This document shows positions 10,194 through 17,836 of a stretch of 64,000 nucleotides of DNA, piece after piece. This DNA comes from Puia sp. (GTDB taxonomy: Bacteria; Bacteroidota; Bacteroidia; Chitinophagales; Chitinophagaceae), in assembly GCA_041481385.1 (NCBI GenBank), contig JBGPBW010000001.1, forward strand, positions 1,531 through 65,530, read 5' to 3'. The position numbers were made by a program, and so were the translations under genes. The first letter of the stretch is position 1. Every line of letters starts with the position of its first letter. The notes under the pieces are model-generated. The model was not told the origin of the DNA. It saw only the letters and a list, made by a program, of their open reading frames with translations, and ran no database searches.

Positions 10194-10733
10194 ATGAAAC
10201 AGTTACTGGTTTATATTGGTGTTGCTGTTGTCATTGTTTCCTGTAATAACAACAGCGCTGCCCCAAACGCGAATTCCATGGATTCCCTCATGGCTGCGAG
10301 TGCCGCCAAAGACAGTGTGCTTGAAAAGAATAAGTCTACCGCCCTAGCCAGTGTCCAGGCCTTCAGTACCGGCAAGATGGATGAAGCATTTAAAGACGTT
10401 ACTCCGGATGCAGTTGATTACGGCGATGGCATGATGGCACCCGTGAAGGGGCTGGATTCGATTAAGTCTATGGTGAAAGGATTCATGGCTGCCTTCCCGG
10501 ATTATAAGGGTGAAAATTTCCTCGTGATCGGAGACGGAAATCATGTGGCTGTTTTTGCAGATTATACCGGAACATTTAAAAATCCGCTAATGGGTATGAA
10601 ACCCACCGGTAAGTCCTTTAAAGTGAAAGATGTTGATCTGTTTACTTTTAATGATGCTGGTAAAATCACGGAGCATCGTTCCGTTCAATCGGGTAAAACC
10701 ATAATGGAAATGGTAGGTGCCAGGATGAAATAA
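10194..10733 (+). CDS. SnoaL-like ester cyclase family lipoprotein
   Basis: Lipobox VIVSC; FMAAFPD, GTFKNPLMGMKPTGK and GKITEH are typical of the NTF2-like ester cyclase fold. Confidence 0.82.
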   Translation: MKQLLVYIGVAVVIVSCNNNSAAPNANSMDSLMAASAAKDSVLEKNKSTALASVQAFSTGKMDEAFKDVTPDAVDYGDGMMAPVKGLDSIKSMVKGFMAAFPDYKGENFLVIGDGNHVAVFADYTGTFKNPLMGMKPTGKSFKVKDVDLFTFNDAGKITEHRSVQSGKTIMEMVGARMK

Positions 10734-10750
10734 CAGAATAGCGTTATCAA

Positions 10751-12448
10751 CTATTTTTTAAGTAGTTTCAAAGTCTTCGTTTGCTGCTGGTCATGATACC
10801 GAATGTAATAAGCACCATTCGGCAGCAATCGACCTGTAACAAAATAAACCAATTGTAACTGACCTGAGCTGACCGATGTTGAGATTTCCTGAATTAATTT
10901 GCCTGAAACGTCCAGCAGTTGCAGGGTAGCCGTCCCTGTAACAGAGGGCAGAACGTAAATATAAATCCGGTCCTGGAAAGGAACAGGGAAAACATGTATC
11001 CAGTCGGAAACTGTCGGAGGATTCAACGCGGAATTCCTTTTCAGTAAAAGAAGCTGGTATGCTTTTTCAAAATCCGGCAAACCATAACCATAACGATCGT
11101 CCGGATTTTTAAACTGATCACTGGATGCACGTACGGCAGAAAGGATATCATGCGGATTGTATTCCGGAAATGCTTCCCAAAGACAAATGATCAATCCGGC
11201 AAGATTTGGATTCGAAAATGAAGTGCCGCCACCGGAATACAGGTTTCCATCAATACCAATGAACGAAGTGCCTGAACCAACGGAAACACCATCGGGTTTT
11301 ACCTGGCCCGATCCATTGGGCCCCCAGCTGGAAAAACCAGCGATAAGTCCGTTAATATCCACCGCTCCTGCAGCGTATACACTGTCTCCTTCGGCAGGGC
11401 AGGACACATATTTTTTATCGTCCGTTTCAAAACCTGAGTTTCCCGCACTGGCTGTTACGATCATGCCTTTTGCAACGGCCAGATTTGCTGCCCGGCTCAC
11501 CAGGGCTGTGCGACCGTTTCGCGCTGCATAGGTCAGATCGTATGCGGAGTCGTCGAAATATCCGTAACCAAGGGAAGTGGTGATCAGGTCAGCTCCAACA
11601 CTGTCAGCAAACTCCGCAGCTGCAACCCAGTTTTGTTCCTCGACCGGTGATTCGGAACTATCATCTTCGGTTTTAAATAACCAATAACTGGCGGAAGGCG
11701 CCGAACCGATCAGGGTACCTGGTAAATTGGAGGCCATAATAGAAAAACACCAGGCTCCGTGATGTTCGTCTTCATTTACACTGATTTTCTGATGTACAAA
11801 ATCGTAGCTGCCCAGGATCCGGTTATGCACACGTAAACTATCAAATGCAGGGTTATTCAGATAGTTGTTGAAGCCATCATCCAATATCGCAATCGTCATC
11901 CCTTCTCCCTGGAAACCCTGGTTATGCAGATAGTCTCCATGGTGTATATGGATCTGTGTAAAAGCGGCTCCATAGTCAGTTGCTGAAATGTTTCCGGAAA
12001 AGGACCTGATATATTCAGAGAACGCCCGGCTTGAAACAGTACTGATCTGGTTGACGGAAATTCTGTCTCTTATTTTTCTTAATTGACGGTTGTTTACAGG
12101 TTCTGATGATTGAACGAATGAAAGTGCACGAACACTTTGCATTACTGATGTATCCGAAACAGAAATCAGGATAAGATTGAACCACCTGGATCTGTTTAAA
12201 ACTTTTACGGAAGTTATCGACGAGAGACTGTCAACATAAGTCGCCGATACCGGAAGGTCTGACGAATCGATCGGAATATTTTGCCTCTGACGACGCAGGA
12301 TGGATTTGGCGGAAAGAAAAGAGGATGGATCTGAAAGACTGAATCCATTATTCTTTTTATCCCTGAACCGGACAAGAAATTTATATTCCTGGGCAGAAAC
12401 CTGCTGAAAGAAAAAAAGTAGCAGAATAAAAATGAATCGCCGATGCAT
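10751..12448 (-). CDS. S8 subtilisin-family serine peptidase with T9SS C-terminal domain
   Basis: Catalytic ILDDGF (Asp), HHGAWC (His) and GTSFSNP (Ser); C-terminal VFPVPF...LLDVSGK...TLKLLKK sorting domain. Confidence 0.92.
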   Translation of the reverse strand: MHRRFIFILLLFFFQQVSAQEYKFLVRFRDKKNNGFSLSDPSSFLSAKSILRRQRQNIPIDSSDLPVSATYVDSLSSITSVKVLNRSRWFNLILISVSDTSVMQSVRALSFVQSSEPVNNRQLRKIRDRISVNQISTVSSRAFSEYIRSFSGNISATDYGAAFTQIHIHHGDYLHNQGFQGEGMTIAILDDGFNNYLNNPAFDSLRVHNRILGSYDFVHQKISVNEDEHHGAWCFSIMASNLPGTLIGSAPSASYWLFKTEDDSSESPVEEQNWVAAAEFADSVGADLITTSLGYGYFDDSAYDLTYAARNGRTALVSRAANLAVAKGMIVTASAGNSGFETDDKKYVSCPAEGDSVYAAGAVDINGLIAGFSSWGPNGSGQVKPDGVSVGSGTSFIGIDGNLYSGGGTSFSNPNLAGLIICLWEAFPEYNPHDILSAVRASSDQFKNPDDRYGYGLPDFEKAYQLLLLKRNSALNPPTVSDWIHVFPVPFQDRIYIYVLPSVTGTATLQLLDVSGKLIQEISTSVSSGQLQLVYFVTGRLLPNGAYYIRYHDQQQTKTLKLLKK

Positions 12449-13200
12449 TAATTATGGGATACCATATTAAAAGTCAGTCCGTATCCGATGGTTACTCCGG
12501 AAGGAAAATCCACATTGGGTGACTGATATGCCGTGTACAGGAACTTTTTATAAATAGGCCCGATATTTTTTCCGTACACTTCCGCACTATAAACAGTCTG
12601 CGTAAATGAGCCATTTGCAGAACCAGTTACCGCATCGGCTTCATTAACGGTTACTGTTACGGGAATCGTTCCTGCGAGGACATCAAACGGTTGACCGGTA
12701 TTGGCATAGGTGTAATTCCATCCATCCATATAAGCAATAGAAGAGGTGTCGGACTTGGTATCCAGATAGGCATTTCCGAGCCAGGTAATCCAGTCCTGAA
12801 CGGGTGTGACCATTTTGATAAAACGCAGGTTGTTTTCCACTACTTCCACAGAACCTTTGAGCGGTGTGACCATATAAGCGATCGAGGGCGTCCACTCTGA
12901 AGTACCCGTTGTATCACTCAGATAACGTACAACACGGAAACTGGGTTGTCCCAGGTTGTCAGTAATACTGTCTTCCACCACTTCTTTCGCCAGGTAACTG
13001 ATCACGGTGTCTGCGGATCCGACATTGACAAATTTTAATGAGTCCATCCGGTAAATAATGTAATTCCCAACGTGCATGGGGTAATAATCGGCAGGTGTGC
13101 CGGTAACCAGCGGATTGCTTTTGTTGCAACTACAAATGATCTGAATCAAGAAAATCAGCGTGAAAAGTCTACAGAGTCTGCCGCTCATTGGGTAAATCAT
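12448..13200 (-). CDS. Hypothetical lipoprotein
   Basis: Lipobox CSC after a hydrophobic stretch; TAATG overlap with the S8 peptidase. Start may be 13188. Confidence 0.75.
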   Translation of the reverse strand: MIYPMSGRLCRLFTLIFLIQIICSCNKSNPLVTGTPADYYPMHVGNYIIYRMDSLKFVNVGSADTVISYLAKEVVEDSITDNLGQPSFRVVRYLSDTTGTSEWTPSIAYMVTPLKGSVEVVENNLRFIKMVTPVQDWITWLGNAYLDTKSDTSSIAYMDGWNYTYANTGQPFDVLAGTIPVTVTVNEADAVTGSANGSFTQTVYSAEVYGKNIGPIYKKFLYTAYQSPNVDFPSGVTIGYGLTFNMVSHN

Positions 13201-13237
13201 AACTAATGATAACGCAATCTACTATGAAATATTGCCA

Positions 13238-13245
13238 TATCTTTG
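13238..13245 (+). promoter_or_regulatory. Bacteroidota primary-sigma -7 box TATCTTTG
   Basis: Exact TAnnTTTG, 11 nt before an in-frame GTG at 13257. Confidence 0.55.
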
Positions 13246-13256
13246 GCTTTTTCGCT

Positions 13257-14147
13257 GTGAAAAATATTTTGTCAGCCTTTTTTTATTGGCTCACCCTGCC
13301 CTTTATTTATCTGCTTGCCCTCTTGCCCTTTCCCCTGCTGTACTTTTTTTCATATTTGATCTATATTCTCCTTTATCATGTGTTAGGTTACCGGCGCAAA
13401 GTCGTTTCGCAAAATTTGGTCTATTCATTTCCTGAAAAGACGGAAAAGGAGATACGGGAAATAGAAAAACGCTTTTACCGTTATTTCTGTGATCTTTTCT
13501 TAGAAACTTTTAAAACGCTGACCATCTCCAGGGAAAACATGGTGAAGCATTGCAGGTTTGAACCGGGAACCACGGCAATTTTTGAGCAGCTGGCAAGAGA
13601 GAATCAGAGTTTTATGGTGGTGATGGGGCATTTTGGAAATTGGGAATGGGGAGGCAATACATTTAGTATCTGTTGCAAACATCAGTTATATGTAATTTAT
13701 CATCCGCTGTCTAATAAATATTTTAACGACTTGGTTTACCGGATGCGCACACGTTTTGGAACGCGACTGATTCCAATGAAAGATACCCTGCGGGAAATGC
13801 TGAAGAACAGAAATTCTTTAACGGCAACCGCTTTTATTGCAGATCAGTCTCCGCTGCCTTCAAATGCGTATTGGATGGAATTTTTAAACCAGGACACACC
13901 GGTTTTTATTGGAATTGAAAAGATCGCGTTAAAAATTCATTATCCGATCGTATATATTACTATTCGAAGAGTTAAAAGAGGGTATTACAGGGTGTTTGCT
14001 GAGAGAATTGAGCTACCTTCGATCATTCAGAAAAGCGGGACGATTACCGAAATACATACCAGAAGGCTGGAAGCTGATATCCGGAGTCAACCAGAGAATT
14101 GGTTATGGACCCACCGGAGATGGAAACACGAACGACCTCAAAATTAA
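13257..14147 (+). CDS. Lipid A late acyltransferase / lysophospholipid acyltransferase (LpxL/HtrB family)
   Basis: GHFGNWEW, ADQSP and WLWTHRRWK motifs. GTG 13257 preferred because 13206 lies only 5 bp from the divergent gene. Confidence 0.9.
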   Translation: MKNILSAFFYWLTLPFIYLLALLPFPLLYFFSYLIYILLYHVLGYRRKVVSQNLVYSFPEKTEKEIREIEKRFYRYFCDLFLETFKTLTISRENMVKHCRFEPGTTAIFEQLARENQSFMVVMGHFGNWEWGGNTFSICCKHQLYVIYHPLSNKYFNDLVYRMRTRFGTRLIPMKDTLREMLKNRNSLTATAFIADQSPLPSNAYWMEFLNQDTPVFIGIEKIALKIHYPIVYITIRRVKRGYYRVFAERIELPSIIQKSGTITEIHTRRLEADIRSQPENWLWTHRRWKHERPQN

Positions 14148-14157
14148 AAGTATAGCC

Positions 14158-15135
14158 ATGCTTTCGGGTAAGGACCTCATTTTAGCCACAAAACCTTTTG
14201 CAAAAGAAATCAGAAGTAAGAGCTGGATCTACATGATATCCACTTTGTTTTTTCTTGCTCTGACTTTTACAGCCGTCATACTGATTCCTTTTTTTGCAGC
14301 CCGTTTATTTTTCAGTGTGCTTACGGGCCTGTTGCTGGTTCGTTCTTTTATCATCTATCACGATCACCAGCATCATTCTATCCTCACCCATTCGAAACCG
14401 GCGAAATGGATTATGACTGCATTCGGATATTTTATTCTTTCACCGACAAGTATTTGGAAGCGCTCTCACGATCATCATCATAATCACAACTCCAAATTAT
14501 TCAGTGCGAGTATCGGCTCTTATCCCATTGTCACGAAAAAAAAATTTGAAGAGATGAGCAGCCGTCAGAAATTCGAATACCTGGCAATACGGCATCCTGT
14601 TACGATCGCGCTGGGGTATTTTTCCATGTTCATTTTTGGCATGTGCATTGCCTCTTTTGTAAGCAGTCCGCGCAAACACTATGATTCACTCATCGCCCTG
14701 ATTCTGCATATAGTCCTGTCGGTTCTGTTATTTATATTTTTGGGTTGGCAGATCTGGTTTCTCTTATTTTTCCTGCCTTTTGTAATCGCTTTTGCCATGG
14801 GAGCTTACCTGTTCTATGCCCAGCATAATTTCCCGGGGGTTACGTTTTCGGAAAATAACGATTGGGCTTATGAAAAGGCTGCTATGGAATCTTCCAGTTA
14901 TATGGAAATGAATCCCGTAATGGCCTGGCTTACCGGCAATATCGGGTATCATCATATTCATCACCTGAATTCAAAAATCCCATTTTACCGTCTTCCGGAA
15001 GTAATGAAACAATTTAAAGAGTTGCAACATTGCAAACGTACATCGCTCAGAATAAAAGAGGTAGTGGCCTGTCTGCGTTTGAAAATCTGGGACCAGGATA
15101 AAAATAAGATGGTCGGACTAAAAGATATCCGCTGA
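14158..15135 (+). CDS. Membrane fatty acid desaturase family protein
   Basis: Three His boxes HDHQHH, HDHHH and HHIHH. Start ATG 14158, after the acyltransferase stop. Confidence 0.9.
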   Translation: MLSGKDLILATKPFAKEIRSKSWIYMISTLFFLALTFTAVILIPFFAARLFFSVLTGLLLVRSFIIYHDHQHHSILTHSKPAKWIMTAFGYFILSPTSIWKRSHDHHHNHNSKLFSASIGSYPIVTKKKFEEMSSRQKFEYLAIRHPVTIALGYFSMFIFGMCIASFVSSPRKHYDSLIALILHIVLSVLLFIFLGWQIWFLLFFLPFVIAFAMGAYLFYAQHNFPGVTFSENNDWAYEKAAMESSSYMEMNPVMAWLTGNIGYHHIHHLNSKIPFYRLPEVMKQFKELQHCKRTSLRIKEVVACLRLKIWDQDKNKMVGLKDIR

Positions 15136-16476
15136 ATCCTCCCGCCAGAGAAAATCAGCATACCATTTACCTGATGATTTTATAATTCTCTCCTGGGTTT
15201 CAAAATTCACATGCACCAATCCGAATTTCGGTGTATACCCTTCTGCCCATTCAAAATTATCGAGCAGCGTCCACACGAAGTAGCCGTTTACCCGTGCTCC
15301 GGCCTGCCTGGCCAATAAAACCTGAGCGATATGATCCTTTAGATAACCCAATCGCCTTGGATCGTGAATGACGCCCTGGGCGCGATCGTCTTTAAACGCA
15401 GCTCCGTTTTCCGTCACGATGATTTCTTTCAAATTCTTGTATTGGTTCAGGCGCATGATGGCTTCAAAAATAGAAGGTGGATATACTTCCCAGTCCATCT
15501 CTGTGTATTCCACGTTTCTTTTACTGGCCTTTACCGCCTTAGCATGAATAAAGGGCATAATAAAAGAATGCCTGACGATTTCCCGGGTATAATTCTGAAG
15601 ACCCGCAAAGTCTATGTCGAAAACCAGCCTCCTGCTGTCCCCATCCTTATAATATTTTTCCAGACCCTGTAATATCTTCAGATCCTTTACAGGGTATCCC
15701 ATACCCAGCAAAGGTTCTATGAATACACGGTTCAGCAGGGTATCCGTTTTTAGTGTTGCCGTTCGGTCCCGCTTATTTTCCCGCCATGGTCCCACAGGGG
15801 AATAAGAAAAAGTGGTACCGACTTTTGACTGGCTCTGCAGACTTTTTATAATCCTTCCGCCTTCCGCCTGGCAGAGGGCTGCATGGTGAACAGCAGCCAG
15901 GAAATGGTCCAAACCTTTTCTTCCCGGCGCATGAATGCCTAAAAAATATCCTGCACCAGTAAATACCATCGGCTCATTCAAAATCATCCAGTTCTTAACC
16001 CGGTCGCCGAATTGCTTTACGCAGAATGCAGCATAGTCACTGAACCAATACAGAATCTCCCGGTTTGTCCATCCGCCTTTATGTTCGAGTGCAGCCGGCA
16101 GATCCCAATGATATAACGTGATCCATGGTTCAATGCCGCGGCTGATGAGGGTATCAATAATCAGGTTGTAAAAATCGACGCCCTTTTGATTGACTGCACC
16201 GGTACCCAGGGGAAATATTCTGCTCCAGGAAATGGAAAAACGATAATTCGGAATATTCAATTCACTGAGGAGGCGGATATCCTGATCATAACGGTTATAG
16301 AAATCGCAGGTTATATTTCCGTGATGGCCACCCCTGATTTTTCTCTTTTTCCTGCTAAACTCGTCCCAGATCGAAAAACCTTTACCATCGGCGTCGTGCC
16401 CGCCCTCAATCTGATATGCAGCTGTGGAAACGCCCCATTGGAAATCTTCGCCGAAAGCTGTACAGTTGAACGGCAT
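15118..16476 (-). CDS. GH1 beta-glucosidase (cytoplasmic, no signal peptide)
   Basis: FQWGVSTAAYQIEGG, NEP acid/base motif, TENG nucleophile motif and DNFEWAEG. Confidence 0.95.
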   Translation of the reverse strand: MPFNCTAFGEDFQWGVSTAAYQIEGGHDADGKGFSIWDEFSRKKRKIRGGHHGNITCDFYNRYDQDIRLLSELNIPNYRFSISWSRIFPLGTGAVNQKGVDFYNLIIDTLISRGIEPWITLYHWDLPAALEHKGGWTNREILYWFSDYAAFCVKQFGDRVKNWMILNEPMVFTGAGYFLGIHAPGRKGLDHFLAAVHHAALCQAEGGRIIKSLQSQSKVGTTFSYSPVGPWRENKRDRTATLKTDTLLNRVFIEPLLGMGYPVKDLKILQGLEKYYKDGDSRRLVFDIDFAGLQNYTREIVRHSFIMPFIHAKAVKASKRNVEYTEMDWEVYPPSIFEAIMRLNQYKNLKEIIVTENGAAFKDDRAQGVIHDPRRLGYLKDHIAQVLLARQAGARVNGYFVWTLLDNFEWAEGYTPKFGLVHVNFETQERIIKSSGKWYADFLWREDSADIF

Positions 16477-16477
16477 A

Positions 16478-17566
16478 TCAGTTGCCCGATTGTTTTAAAA
16501 TGCGTTTCAGGCTTTTTTCTTTTAGCTTCTTTACTGAATGAACGGCATTACCCGGAACCTGGGTGGTGACAATCGTCGAATGTGAATTTTCCCGGATAAC
16601 CATGTTGAGAATATCTTCTGTTTTGTCAGGGTAAAAAACAGGAATGGACTGCTTTTCCCGAGTCCATGATTTTAGTTTATCCAGGTGTTTTTCCTTGAGC
16701 GATTTCAATACAGGGACATGCATCATGGCCAGCGCGGCTGCATTGCACTGTTGTTCGTACTGGCCTTTCATTGGTATTACCAGAAGTTTTTTTTGAAGGA
16801 ACAGGGCTTCTGCCGGTGTTTCAAAACCAGCACCGCAGAGAATTCCGGTGCAATTAACCATACTCTCAATGAACGCATCATTTTCAATTGGCCGGATAAA
16901 TATGTTGCCGTCCCGATAGGTTTTCCGACTATGCTTGCTGAATACCTGCCATTCAATATTTTTTAATGAAGAGAGGATCCGGATAATTCTTTTATCAGAA
17001 TATGCGGGAAGATAAACGGTATAATGTGATTGTGTTTCCGGCTTGTATTTCCTGACCTCACTTCTAATCACCGGTGTAAAAATATCCTCACCATATTCCG
17101 CAAAATGAAAACCGTAGGCCCTGGATACCGGTGCATAATGGAGAAGAATGGCCTTTCCGATCAGGTCTTTTTTCGATGGTTTTGGAGCATTTTTATGAAT
17201 CACGGCGGCCTGGTGGCTTAGTCCAACGCAGTGTTTGTGTTTCCTCTTGCAAGCCCAGGCACTCACCGGTTCGAAATCGCTGATCACGAGGTCGTAGTTT
17301 TCGACAGGAAGACTTCTGACCTCGTCAAACAACCTTTTCAGATTCCCTTTCCGGTAAGTGGCCATAACATCGATACCCCCTTTTTTCCCGAAAACAAAAC
17401 AAAGACCTTTAAACCGGTATTTGACAGTATAAGGGAGTACGACATCTGCCTGGGTTCCGCTGATGAGCAGGTCGAGTTCTCCTTTTTGTTGAAGAAATGG
17501 AATGATCTCCCGGGCACGGCTGAGATGGCCATTACCAGTTCCCTGAATAGCGTATAAGATTTTCAT
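16478..17566 (-). CDS. GT-B glycosyltransferase (MJ1255/VC2487-like family)
   Basis: MKILYAIQGTGNGHLSRA, GAGFETPAEAL and PMKGQYEQQCNA. Confidence 0.88.
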   Translation of the reverse strand: MKILYAIQGTGNGHLSRAREIIPFLQQKGELDLLISGTQADVVLPYTVKYRFKGLCFVFGKKGGIDVMATYRKGNLKRLFDEVRSLPVENYDLVISDFEPVSAWACKRKHKHCVGLSHQAAVIHKNAPKPSKKDLIGKAILLHYAPVSRAYGFHFAEYGEDIFTPVIRSEVRKYKPETQSHYTVYLPAYSDKRIIRILSSLKNIEWQVFSKHSRKTYRDGNIFIRPIENDAFIESMVNCTGILCGAGFETPAEALFLQKKLLVIPMKGQYEQQCNAAALAMMHVPVLKSLKEKHLDKLKSWTREKQSIPVFYPDKTEDILNMVIRENSHSTIVTTQVPGNAVHSVKKLKEKSLKRILKQSGN

Positions 17567-17582
17567 CCGTGGTATCTGTTAA

Positions 17583-17604
17583 TAAAATCCATTAATGGAT
17601 TTTA
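17583..17604. promoter_or_regulatory. Perfect 22-bp palindrome, candidate operator
   Basis: TAAAATCCATTAATGGATTTTA is its own reverse complement and lies 16 bp upstream of the glycosyltransferase start. Confidence 0.5.
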
Positions 17605-17836
17605 AATGATCTCAACGACGGATAAAAAATAGCAATCCCGGCCAGGAAGAGCCGGATGCTAAATCGGGTAAAAAAATGAGCGATCTGTTTCATTTGGTCG
17701 GTCATGTTGTAAAAGTCGAATTACCCCATAAAACTAATCTTCTGATATGATGCCAGTATGAAGCCAGTGTTAGGAAATTATGAAGAACTACCACAAGTCA
17801 TGCCGTTAGCCACCGGGTAGGCGAAATCAAAATAAA

